A stretch of 47,571 bases of DNA, taken from contig DATAFA010000035.1 of NCBI GenBank assembly GCA_036257785.1, positions 1 to 47,571 of the forward strand, in the 5' to 3' direction. Below, one piece after another: positions 33,137 to 41,485 of this stretch. How positions within the stretch are numbered: position 1 is the stretch's first letter; every line of letters begins with the position of its first letter. The notes below the pieces were generated by a model. It had not been told where the DNA came from and ran no database searches. It saw only the letters and a program-made list of their open reading frames with translations. The stretch comes from Solirubrobacterales bacterium (GTDB lineage Bacteria > Actinomycetota > Thermoleophilia > Solirubrobacterales > 70-9). The position numbers were made by a program, and so were the translations under genes.

Positions 33137-35893
33137 TCACTCGTCCGTCTCGAAGCCGCTGGCATCCTCGTTGCATTCGATCTGCGGCGGCTCCTCTCCA
33201 GGGAAGCCCATGAAGTCGTACTGGCCGCGATCGAAGCCGCGCATGTCCATCGCCAGCGCCGGCCGCGTCTGTCCCTTGCGATACACGTAGCCGGCGTCTC
33301 CGCCCCCGCCGCCGTAGGCGCTGACGGCGATGGTGAACATGCACTGGTCGAAGATCTCGAACTCGCCGATCGGCTCGACGAGGTCCTCGAGGTCCTCACG
33401 GAAGGACCTGATCTCATGAAGGAGGTCGCGTCGGCGATGTTTCGCCGATGCCTGTGCCTCCCGCCTCGCCGTTGACACAACCTCCGGTACTCCCGACATC
33501 GACCTCGCCGCCGGGCCCGCCGCCGCGACCCGGTCGACGCCCTCGCCGGGCTCGCTCTCGCACTCGCGCCGCGCAAACGGCCGATCGACGCCGGCGAAGG
33601 CCAGGAACTGATAGTCGGGGTCGTCCCACTCGCTGATATCGACCGCCAGCGCAGCGCGGTAGCCGAGCTCGCCGGACCCGGTGCGGAAGCGGTAGCCGAA
33701 CCAGCCGTCCGGGTCACCGTATTCGGTCACCGGTACCCAAGAGAGGCAGGATTCCCACTCGTCGAAGCGCTCGGCGTCCCGCTCGACCTTCCCGGCCCGG
33801 CGCTCGAGCCGACGCAGCCGGCGCTCGAGCGCCCCAATCCCAGCCTTGTCCCCGCCGCCACTTGCCGCCCGGCCGGCGTCGGGCTCGGGTGCCCCGGCCC
33901 CGAGCCTCCCCCGGGTGGTTTTCGCCAGCGCCCGGGCCGGCTCGGCCGTTCCGCCGGGAACGACAGGCGCGCTCCTGCAGCCGCGGCGGCTGGCGAAGCG
34001 CAGGAAGGCGTAGTCCGGCCGGCCCCGCTTCCTATCGACCGTTAGGGCCGCGCGGCGATCGGCCGCAGTGCCGTCGCGCTCGTCGTAGGCGAAGCCGAAC
34101 CGGTGATCGGGGTCGCCGAGCTCGCTGACCGGGACGTGGGAGATACACCGCCTCCACTTCCGGAAGCGATTCGCCGCCTGCGTCAGCGGTCGCAGGAACC
34201 GGGCCAGCCGGTCGAGCTTCGCCTCGATGCTTCCCTGCGCCGGCTTGTCCGTGGCGTTCCCTCCGGAGGCGTTGGGCGCAGGCAGCGACGAGACTCGTGG
34301 TACCGGAGCGGGGCCGTTCGCCACCGTCGGCGCGTCGATCCCCTCGGCGCCCGACGACGAACCATCGGCCGGCCCTCGCTCGACGGCACCGATGTCGCAC
34401 TCCCCGCCCTGGGGACGGGGAACGTGGCGTTGATCGGCATCCACGGGGGCGACCGGGTCGATGCCGAACTGACCGAGGTGCTGCTCGCCTTCGAGGTCCT
34501 CGCCGAACGGAACGACATCGCAGGCGCCCGGCGGAATCTGGTTGAGCACCGGGCTGCCCGGTTCGGGAATCAGGGAGGCCCCGATTTCGGGATTCGGCGA
34601 CAACGGGCCGAGCGCCGGATCGGCGACGCCGACGATGTCGGTGGGCTCCGTGTTCGCCGCCGTGAAGCAGGAGCTGTCGGTGATGAAGTTGTAGCCGGAG
34701 GAATGCGAGAGGGCGGGAACCTCGCAGGTCCGCGTCGTGCGCTGGACATGGCCAGCCTCACTGGTCGTATCCGGCGGCCCGATGATCGATCCGAAGGCTC
34801 GCAGGCGCCCGCCGGCGCCGACGTCTCCGGCCTGGGAGGCGGAGTTGTCGGTGACGGTGGAATAGGTCAGGCCCAGGGTGCCGGCGGCCAGGACGCCGCC
34901 GCCCTGCCCCTCGGCGTAATTGTCGGTGACCGTGGAGTTGGTGATGAAGGCGTCGCCCCGTGACCAGATCCCCCCGCCTACGTGCGCGACGGCGGCGTTG
35001 CGAGCGATGGTCGAGTTCAAGATCGTGACATCGGCCTCGCCGGAGATCGCGCCGCCGCGATCGTCGGCGCGGTTGCCGTCGACGGTCGAGTTGACGACCG
35101 TCACGTCGCCTTCGAGCGTGAAGATCGCGCCGCCGGGACCGTCTGCCGTGTTGCCGTTGACCGTCGAGTCGAGCACGGTGATGTCGCCGTCCTCGTCGGC
35201 ATAAAGGGCGCCGCCGTCGCCGTCGGTGGTGCTTCCCAGCACCCGCGAGCGCACGACGAGGATGTCCCCGGTCGAGCCGATCGCACCGCCGGATCCGTCG
35301 ACGAGGTTGGAGTTGATCAGCGAGTCGTAGACCTGGACCCCACCCCGACGCGCGTAGATCGCGCCGCCGTCGTCGTTGGCGAGGTTGCCGGTGAACACTG
35401 AGTCGTAGACCGTCACCCGGCGCATCGAGAACACGCCACCTCCTGGCTCCTCGGCCAGGTTCTGCACCACGCGGACGTGCCGCATCGTCAGCTCGCCCCT
35501 CGTCGTGAGGGCCGCGCCGGGGCCATCGTTCCCCCCTCTGGTCAGAGCGATGTCCTCAATCAGCAGATAGCCAGTGCCGTCCTGGCGCAGAAGCCGCTTC
35601 TCGAAGCACGTCTGCCGAAGCGTGTGACCGTTGCCGTCGACCGTCAGCGGCACCTGCGACTCGCGGATCGGCTCACCACTGCGGCAGGCCTGCAGGTAGA
35701 TGTCGTCGATCAGCTCGATCGCTCGCGTGCGAGGGTTTTCCCAGGCCTGTCGAAGCTCCGATTCCGTGCTGACTTTGACCGGATCCTGGGCAGCGGCTGC
35801 AGACGGAAAGCCCACGATCGCGGCGAACAGAGCAACTACGCCTGCGGTTCGGAGACTGTGCCGGCGACAGTGGTTGGCTACCCCGCCGATCAC
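33137..35893 (-). CDS. Large secreted right-handed parallel beta-helix (Pmp-type GGAI repeat) protein with three novel C-terminal modules
   Basis: 918 aa. Signal peptide (VVALFAAIVGFPSAAAA/QDP). About 10 repeats of the type DGGAIY/SGGAIG/DGGALY/PGGAIF/RGGAIS/GGGIWS..NSTV..N. GGECDIGAVE motif near residue 500. Then three related ~90-aa modules. Confidence 0.8.
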   Translation of the reverse strand: MIGGVANHCRRHSLRTAGVVALFAAIVGFPSAAAAQDPVKVSTESELRQAWENPRTRAIELIDDIYLQACRSGEPIRESQVPLTVDGNGHTLRQTCFEKRLLRQDGTGYLLIEDIALTRGGNDGPGAALTTRGELTMRHVRVVQNLAEEPGGGVFSMRRVTVYDSVFTGNLANDDGGAIYARRGGVQVYDSLINSNLVDGSGGAIGSTGDILVVRSRVLGSTTDGDGGALYADEDGDITVLDSTVNGNTADGPGGAIFTLEGDVTVVNSTVDGNRADDRGGAISGEADVTILNSTIARNAAVAHVGGGIWSRGDAFITNSTVTDNYAEGQGGGVLAAGTLGLTYSTVTDNSASQAGDVGAGGRLRAFGSIIGPPDTTSEAGHVQRTTRTCEVPALSHSSGYNFITDSSCFTAANTEPTDIVGVADPALGPLSPNPEIGASLIPEPGSPVLNQIPPGACDVVPFGEDLEGEQHLGQFGIDPVAPVDADQRHVPRPQGGECDIGAVERGPADGSSSGAEGIDAPTVANGPAPVPRVSSLPAPNASGGNATDKPAQGSIEAKLDRLARFLRPLTQAANRFRKWRRCISHVPVSELGDPDHRFGFAYDERDGTAADRRAALTVDRKRGRPDYAFLRFASRRGCRSAPVVPGGTAEPARALAKTTRGRLGAGAPEPDAGRAASGGGDKAGIGALERRLRRLERRAGKVERDAERFDEWESCLSWVPVTEYGDPDGWFGYRFRTGSGELGYRAALAVDISEWDDPDYQFLAFAGVDRPFARRECESEPGEGVDRVAAAGPAARSMSGVPEVVSTARREAQASAKHRRRDLLHEIRSFREDLEDLVEPIGEFEIFDQCMFTIAVSAYGGGGGDAGYVYRKGQTRPALAMDMRGFDRGQYDFMGFPGEEPPQIECNEDASGFETDE
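33170..34228 (-). repeat. Three divergent tandem copies of a ~90-aa Cys-bracketed module (coding)
   Basis: Approx. residues 556-641, 687-780 and 823-908. Each has a helix (..LDRLARF / LERRLRRLERR / LLHEIRSFRE), then F/W-x-x-W/F-x-x-C, V-x-x-YGDPD/YGGGG, GY/GF, R-x-AL-x-VD, PDY-x-FL/QYDFM and a second C. Coordinates are within a few codons. Confidence 0.65.
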
Positions 35894-35924
35894 CGCCTGA
35901 GCCTCGCAGCCATAGCAACCTCCT
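35890..35924 (-). promoter_or_regulatory. Perfect SD plus 7-codon uORF ending in a GTGA overlap with the beta-helix gene start
   Basis: Minus strand: AGGAGG(35924-35919)-ttgct-ATG GCT GCG AGG CTC AGG CGG TGA. The TGA (35892-35890) overlaps GTG 35893-35891, the most upstream start of the 918-aa ORF, which has no SD of its own. Confidence 0.35.
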
Positions 35925-36077
35925 GGCGCCCGCGGCCGGCCCGATCACAAGAATGAGACGCCGCGAAAGCCGTTTCTTGACGTACCCGTGGTGAGAGGGC
36001 TCTAAACAGTCAACTGACGTCGTTCCACGGACGGCATGGCATCGTGCCTCGGTCCGCCGAAGCCTGGTACCTGGCAC

Positions 36078-36572
36078 CTAAGGGGTGGGCGAGTCCGGGC
36101 CGGCAGTCGAGCTGCCGTTGCCGGTCATCCCGCCGGCCGTGGAGACCGCCGCCTGTGCCTGCTGGGCCAACCGGCTCACCTGAGACGGGGGCTCGCGAGC
36201 TTCGATTGCATCGTGGAGTTCGCCGAGCGCCTGCTCGGCGTCGGCGTAGGCCGCCGGATCGAGCGCCTGCAGATCGTCGGCCTCGGCGGCGAAGCCGTCG
36301 CGAGCCGCGGTCGCCTGCTGGACCGCGCCCTCGTACTGGACCTCGCCGCCCGCCTTGACACCCTGCGCGTAGTGGTCGGGGACGAGCGCGAGTCCGTCGA
36401 GGGTCGGTTGCAGGCGAGCTTGAAGGTCGGCGACCTGGTCGGCGAGCGACGGCTCCGGCGCCGTGCCCCTACCGATCGCATAGCCGATGCCGCCTCCGAT
36501 CAGAAGCGCCACGGCCGCGGCGATCAGCGCGACGCGCCAGCCGGAGCCGCCGCTTTGCCGGTAGAGCGACAT
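36078..36572 (-). CDS. Membrane-anchored exported helical protein, divergent paralog of the FTR1-associated domain
   Basis: 164 aa. TM (WRVALIAAAVALLIGGGIGYAIG), helical Ala/Gln/Asp-rich domain (..PDHYAQG..DPAAYADAEQALGELHDAIEA..). ATG shares one base with the upstream stop (TGATG). Confidence 0.6.
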   Translation of the reverse strand: MSLYRQSGGSGWRVALIAAAVALLIGGGIGYAIGRGTAPEPSLADQVADLQARLQPTLDGLALVPDHYAQGVKAGGEVQYEGAVQQATAARDGFAAEADDLQALDPAAYADAEQALGELHDAIEAREPPSQVSRLAQQAQAAVSTAGGMTGNGSSTAGPDSPTP

Positions 36573-38737
36573 CAGCGACGGACCGCCGCCACCGCGACGC
36601 CCTCGGTCGCCTCGACCGCCGCCCGAGCGGCGGCGAGGAGGTCGTCACGGCTCCGTGCGTCGGAGAGGTCGAGGACCTGGCTGCCGGAGGCCATCGTGAC
36701 CTGGGGAAGCAGCGAGCCGAGTCCGAGATTCAGCGACGACTCGTCGACCGCGGCGGCAAGTTCTGCCATGAAGTCCTCGCCGCGGCCGCTGATCAGGGCC
36801 TTGACCGGGCCGGCGAAGATGATGCCGCCGAGGCGGTCGATGATCGCTGCCCGCCGGCCATCTCCGTCGCTGCCGGTCGCGTAGGCGGAGAAGAGGTTGG
36901 TCTCGGCGATCGGCGCGATCGCGCCGTCGGCCCCTTGCAACGACGAAGTCGCGATGTCGCGGAGCTCGGCGGCAGGCAGCGGCGAGCGACCGGCCGCCCC
37001 GGTCTCGAGCGCGACGGCGCCGACTGCGATCGCACGAAGGAGCCCGGCCTCGGAGTCGTAGATCGTCTCGACGGTGATCGTCCCCGGAGCCGCGCCGGCC
37101 TCGACGCAGGAGAACTCGGCCTCGGCGACGAGCCGGCGGCGCTCGTCCGGGCCGGTCACCCTCGCGGAGCGTTCGAGCTCGACCCGGATCAGCGTCATCG
37201 CGGCCCCGACGGAGGCGAGAACCTCACCGTGCTCGGGCGTCACGAACCGCTGCCGGTTGCGCCCGCAGAGCTCCGGGACGAGCACCTCGCCCGCACCGCC
37301 GAGGGCGACGATCGGTGCATCGGCGGCTACGCCCGAGGAGCGGACCGCCTCGCGGACGGTCACCTCGATCTGATCGACCGCGGCATCGAGCGCGGCACGG
37401 GCCATCGCGACACCATCGCTTCGGTGCCGCTCGCCCAGCGCCGCGAACGCCGCCAGCGCCGAATCTCGGGAGGCGGCGGAATGGGCGCCCGCCGGGATGA
37501 CGCCGAGCGCGTTGGCCGCGCAGGTAGCGGTGACCGCGAACCTCCCGCCCGGTCCCTCGACGACGGCGTAGTCGTCGCGATCGCCCGGGCGCGGAGCGAT
37601 CGTCGTGGCCCGGCAACCGGCGAGGTCAGCCGGCACGGCGAAGCAGGCATAGGGAAGGCCGGCGCCGTGGGCGCTGCGCGGGCCGATTCCGCTGACGCCC
37701 TTGCGGCCGAGCCGGACCATGCTGCCGCCGGCGACCCCGACGACCCAGCTGTCGATCGAGCGGATCGCCGTCGGCCTCCCCATCACCTTGATCGAGCGAA
37801 GCAGCGGCCGGCCACCGCTGACGACGGAGACGTTCGTGCTCGTGCCGCCGACCTCGACGACGATCGCGTCGGCGACGCCGACCTGATGGAGGGCGGCGGC
37901 GACGCCTGCTGCCGGGCCGGATCCGACCGTGAACGATGGGCGGCGGCGGAACGCCTCGATGTCCATCGCGCCGCCGTCGCCGCGGAGGACGAGCAGCGGC
38001 ACGTCGAGCCCCGATTCCCCGATCGCGCTCTCGACGATTCCGGCGGTCCGCTCGATCGCCGGCAGGATCGCCGCGTTGACGGTCGCGCTCACCGTCCGGG
38101 TCTCGAGGCCGTAGGCGCCGCTGAGCTGGTGGCCACAACAGGCCGGCAGGCCGGCCTCGGCGGCGATCTCCGATACCCGGAGCTCGTGCTCGGGCGATTC
38201 GACCGCGAAGGCGCCGCTGACCGCTACGGCCTCGCATCCGGCGCCCGCGAGCCGCTCGACCGCCTCCCGCACGGTGTCCTCGTCGAGTCCGTGGGTGAGG
38301 TCGAGGAAGACGTGTTCGGTCTCGAGATCACGACCCGGGGCGAGCCCGACCGTGCCGACCTTCGTGCGCTTGCGTGCCCTGCGGAGGTCCGGCTTCGCGC
38401 CGAGCCCGATCACGCCGACCCGGGGAACGTCGCCCTCCAGCAGGGCGTTCATCGCCTGCGTCGTCGAGAAGGCGACGAGCTCGACCTCCGCGGCGCGGTC
38501 CCCGAGGGTGTCGAGGAGCTGTTCGAGGGCAGCCGCGACTCCGGCGGTGACGCCGTGGCCGTGCTCGTGGCTGGTCGGCACGACCGCCTCGGCGACGAGC
38601 GCGAAGGGGGCCGGCTCGATCGCCACCGCCTTCGTGAACGTACCGCCGACGTCGACCCCGATCCGCATCCCGGCACCGGCGTCGGGACGAGCTGCGACGC
38701 CGGGGGCGAGCGGTGCCGCTTCGGTTACGCCGCTCAT
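36572..38737 (-). CDS. Hydantoinase/oxoprolinase (HyuA-like, ASKHA fold) family protein, 721 aa
   Basis: MRIGVDVGGTFTKAV, FSTTQAMNALLEG, FTVGSGPAAGVAAAL, VVEVGGTSTNVSVV. No signal peptide. ATG 38737 (GGAGG 7 nt upstream) overlaps the FTR1 stop (ATGA). The longer track ORF to 38908 is rejected. Confidence 0.8.
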   Translation of the reverse strand: MSGVTEAAPLAPGVAARPDAGAGMRIGVDVGGTFTKAVAIEPAPFALVAEAVVPTSHEHGHGVTAGVAAALEQLLDTLGDRAAEVELVAFSTTQAMNALLEGDVPRVGVIGLGAKPDLRRARKRTKVGTVGLAPGRDLETEHVFLDLTHGLDEDTVREAVERLAGAGCEAVAVSGAFAVESPEHELRVSEIAAEAGLPACCGHQLSGAYGLETRTVSATVNAAILPAIERTAGIVESAIGESGLDVPLLVLRGDGGAMDIEAFRRRPSFTVGSGPAAGVAAALHQVGVADAIVVEVGGTSTNVSVVSGGRPLLRSIKVMGRPTAIRSIDSWVVGVAGGSMVRLGRKGVSGIGPRSAHGAGLPYACFAVPADLAGCRATTIAPRPGDRDDYAVVEGPGGRFAVTATCAANALGVIPAGAHSAASRDSALAAFAALGERHRSDGVAMARAALDAAVDQIEVTVREAVRSSGVAADAPIVALGGAGEVLVPELCGRNRQRFVTPEHGEVLASVGAAMTLIRVELERSARVTGPDERRRLVAEAEFSCVEAGAAPGTITVETIYDSEAGLLRAIAVGAVALETGAAGRSPLPAAELRDIATSSLQGADGAIAPIAETNLFSAYATGSDGDGRRAAIIDRLGGIIFAGPVKALISGRGEDFMAELAAAVDESSLNLGLGSLLPQVTMASGSQVLDLSDARSRDDLLAAARAAVEATEGVAVAAVRR

Positions 38738-39978
38738 CGGACCGCCTCCGTTCGCAGCGCCCGCCGAGCGGCGATCCGCGGCCTCAGCAGGAACACCCAG
38801 AGCGCGCCGCCGACGAAGATCGCGAGCAGGGCCGCCTGGACCGCGATCCCCTGGACGGTCGGATGGATCCCGGTCATCTCGGCGATGAAGATCGGCAGCC
38901 GCGCCCAATCGCCGTCGATCGGGGTGACGCCGATCACGTCGGCACCCTGCAGCGAGCGGACGGCGTTGCCGGCGAAGGCGACCGAGAGCAGCAGCAGCAT
39001 CGCCGCGCCGCCGATCAGAAGCGGCTTGATCGGCAGCCGCTTGCCGAGCTTCAGGATCGCGTAGCCGACGCCGATCAGCGCTGCCGCCGCCACCGCGGCT
39101 CCGAGGGCGACCCAGAGCATCAGGCCGTCGGCGAACAGGACCAGCGCCTGGTAGAAGAGCACGGTCTCGAAGCCCTCGCGATAGATCGCCGTGAAGCCGA
39201 GACCGGCGAAGGCGAGCGCGCCGCCGGTCGCCGCCGCCGCCGAGACGCGCGAGCGCATGAACTCCATCCAGCGCCGGTGCTCGAGCCGGGAGACGAGCCA
39301 GAAGCAGACCATGACGAGGACGAGGACCGCCAGGACGGCGGCGCCTCCCTCGAGCAGCTCGCGATCGACGGGCGCGATCTCGAGCACGGTCAGGGTCAGT
39401 GCGAAGGTGGCGATGCTGGCCGCGATCGCCGCCGCCGCGCCCCAGGCCAGCGGTCGGCGGTAGTTGTGAGCCCGGGCCGCCTCCAGCGAGCCGAGCAGGA
39501 TCGCGATCAGGAGCACCGCCTCGAGGCCCTCGCGAAAGAGGATCGTGAACGAGAACGCGAACGCCACCGCCGGCGCCGCGACCCCCTTCTCGGTGATCGA
39601 GCGCTCGACGTCGTCGAGGCCGCGGAGGATCTGGCTCTCGAGGTCGCGGATCTCGCTCATCGGCGCGCCACTTTCGATCGCGTCGCGGTAGGCGGCGAAC
39701 TTGAACTCCATGTCGAGGACGAGGTCGGGATCGCGCAGGCGCAGCGGGATCTCGGCGTACTCGAAGTGGTCGAGGTAAGCGGTCCTGGCAACGTCGTAGG
39801 CGCCGTTGCGGTCGCCCTCGGCGGCGAGGTCAGAGGCCCGCTGGGTCAGGACCGCGGCCTGCTCGACCTCGTTCTTCGCCCGCTCGACCGCGTCGGGCGA
39901 GTCGTCCTGCGCCATCGCGGCCGGGACCACGACGGCGAAGGCCGCGACGAAGGTGACGAGGACGACCAGGTAGCGCAC
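38734..39978 (-). CDS. FTR1-family high-affinity iron permease with an N-terminal exported helical domain
   Basis: 414 aa. Signal peptide (AAFAVVVPAAMA/QDD), helical domain with TAYLDHFEYAE, then 7 TM with FREGLEAVLL and YREGFETVLF (RExxE motifs). Confidence 0.85.
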   Translation of the reverse strand: MRYLVVLVTFVAAFAVVVPAAMAQDDSPDAVERAKNEVEQAAVLTQRASDLAAEGDRNGAYDVARTAYLDHFEYAEIPLRLRDPDLVLDMEFKFAAYRDAIESGAPMSEIRDLESQILRGLDDVERSITEKGVAAPAVAFAFSFTILFREGLEAVLLIAILLGSLEAARAHNYRRPLAWGAAAAIAASIATFALTLTVLEIAPVDRELLEGGAAVLAVLVLVMVCFWLVSRLEHRRWMEFMRSRVSAAAATGGALAFAGLGFTAIYREGFETVLFYQALVLFADGLMLWVALGAAVAAAALIGVGYAILKLGKRLPIKPLLIGGAAMLLLLSVAFAGNAVRSLQGADVIGVTPIDGDWARLPIFIAEMTGIHPTVQGIAVQAALLAIFVGGALWVFLLRPRIAARRALRTEAVR

Positions 39979-39987
39979 GGGTCCGGG

Positions 39988-40440
39988 CTATTGCTCCTGC
40001 AGGATCGTCCGGGCTTCGTCGAGGCCGTCGTTTGCCTCGGCGACGAGCTTCTTCACGTCGGCGACCGCGGCGCCCTCGGTGATCGCGGCGCGGAGCTCCT
40101 CACGGATCAGCTCCTCGAGATGCTCGTTGAGCTCCTCGTCGGCCTCCTCGAGCGGTCCCTCGACGAGCTCGAAGTGCTCGAGATAGGCCGTGCTCGCCAG
40201 CTCCTCGGCCTGGTCGGCGTCGCCCTTCTCGTAGGCGGCAACCGAGGCGGCGAGGCCGTCCTCTACGGCGCCGATCTCCTCGATCGCCATGGCCGGCGTG
40301 ACCGACGCTTCCGCTTCGGTCGAAGTCTCATCGGAGCTGTCACCGCATGCTGCGAGGCCGATCGCCGCCACAACCGCGGTGATCGCCAGGATCGGCTTCC
40401 CCGCCGCAAGCGGCCCCCGTCGCTTCCACTGTTTCGCCAT
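39988..40440 (-). CDS. Lipoprotein carrying the same helical (D/E)HFE domain as the permease N-terminus
   Basis: 150 aa. Lipobox AIGLAAC. TAYLEHFELVEGPLEEADEELNEHLEELIREELRAAITEGA aligns with the permease N-domain. GAGGAAGG lies upstream of the ATG. Confidence 0.7.
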   Translation of the reverse strand: MAKQWKRRGPLAAGKPILAITAVVAAIGLAACGDSSDETSTEAEASVTPAMAIEEIGAVEDGLAASVAAYEKGDADQAEELASTAYLEHFELVEGPLEEADEELNEHLEELIREELRAAITEGAAVADVKKLVAEANDGLDEARTILQEQ

Positions 40441-40469
40441 CTAGACCTTCCTCTGTCGATCCGGCCCCG

Positions 40470-40499
40470 GTTAGGGCACCCTTATTCGGCCACCCTAAC
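40470..40499. promoter_or_regulatory. Inverted repeat GTTAGGG-N16-CCCTAAC upstream of the FTR1 operon
   Basis: Lies 30-59 nt upstream of the lipoprotein ATG (40440) in a lower-GC stretch. Also contains the direct repeat AGGGTG(G/C)CC on the minus strand. Confidence 0.3.
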
Positions 40500-40618
40500 G
40501 AAATCGACCCGCGGGGGTCGGATCGGAGAGGACCAAGCGTCGCCGGCCCCCGACGGCAGCAGCGACGAGTACGACTAGGGTGTCGCGTAACGAAAAGCTC
40601 CAATCAAGGGAGGATCAA

Positions 40619-40942
40619 ATGCCTAGTCCGGTAGCTCGTCTCGCGGCCTTGTTGGCGGCTGGCTCCGTCGCCGTGGCGCTCGCGGCCTGCGGCAGCACGG
40701 AGAACACCGTCGATCAAGCTTCGCTCGAATCATCGATGGTGAGCCTGGCCAACCAAACCGCCGATGTCGAATCAGCCTCGTGTCCGGACGATGTCAGCTC
40801 CGATGCAGGCACCGAGTTCGAATGCACGGTGATCAACGCAAAAGGTCAGGAAGTGCCCGTTACCGCAACGATCACCAGCGAGGGAGACGAGGACGTCCAG
40901 TTCGAGGTCCAAACCATCGACGGTGTCGACATCACCAAGTGA
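40619..40942 (+). CDS. DUF4333-like lipoprotein
   Basis: ATG 40619 with GGGAGGA 5 nt upstream. LAALLAAGSVAVALAAC lipobox. Two conserved Cys (SCPDD..FECTV), as in DUF4333. Confidence 0.7.
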   Translation: MPSPVARLAALLAAGSVAVALAACGSTENTVDQASLESSMVSLANQTADVESASCPDDVSSDAGTEFECTVINAKGQEVPVTATITSEGDEDVQFEVQTIDGVDITK

Positions 40943-41032
40943 CACCCGATGTTCAGGCCCCTCGACCTCGGCGCTCGGATCAGAACGGTGACCAGACCTC
41001 AGAAGTCGTTGCTGGGGCAGAATGCTGAACCA

Positions 41033-41476
41033 GTGACACCTACCCGCGATGCCGACGAGGCAGCTAACACTGACGTCGCGCGTAGTGCCCTGGAGATCGC
41101 CTGTGCTGGACGCGATGCTGGCGCCATCCCGGCCCACTACGACGAGGCCTTCGTCGACCACGTGAACGCGCTCACCTATCACGGCGTCGAGGGAGCGCGC
41201 CGCTCTGTTGCCCTCTACCGCGAGCTCTTCCCGGATCTGCGCTTCGAAGTCCAGGAACAGGTGACCGAGGGCGACCGTGTAGCCAGCCGCTGGAAGCTGC
41301 ACGGGACCCACCGCGGCCGATCAGTTGAGCTTTGGGGCATCGTGATCAGCCGCCTGCGTGACGGCAAGATCGTCGAGGACTGGGCCGCGAGCGACACGCT
41401 CGAGCTGGCCAAGCAGCTGGGGGTTTGGCGTTCTCTTGCCCTATTGATTCGTCATTGGAGGTTGCTGCGCGGCTGA
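41033..41476 (+). CDS. SnoaL-like / ester-cyclase family protein
   Basis: ..YDEAFVDHVN..GVEGARRSVALYRELFPDLRFEVQEQVTEGDRVASRWKLHGTHRG..ISRLRDGKIVEDW. Start uncertain: GTG 41033 preferred over track start 40949, whose first 28 codons are low-GC. Confidence 0.7.
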   Translation: MTPTRDADEAANTDVARSALEIACAGRDAGAIPAHYDEAFVDHVNALTYHGVEGARRSVALYRELFPDLRFEVQEQVTEGDRVASRWKLHGTHRGRSVELWGIVISRLRDGKIVEDWAASDTLELAKQLGVWRSLALLIRHWRLLRG

Positions 41477-41485
41477 CGGCGCCCG

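Noticed and set aside
36071-36077. TGGCAC hexamer (sigma54 -24-like) at the end of the 36078-36572 gene.
   Set aside because: No TTGC -12 element at the required spacing on either strand. It overlaps a stop codon region, so it is most likely chance.
40471-40498. Canonical IdeR/DtxR iron box.
   Set aside because: Only the outer TTAGG/CCTAA bases match. The arms are 16 nt apart instead of fitting a 19-bp box, and either overlapping 19-mer matches only ~10-11 of 19 consensus positions. It is kept only as a generic inverted repeat.
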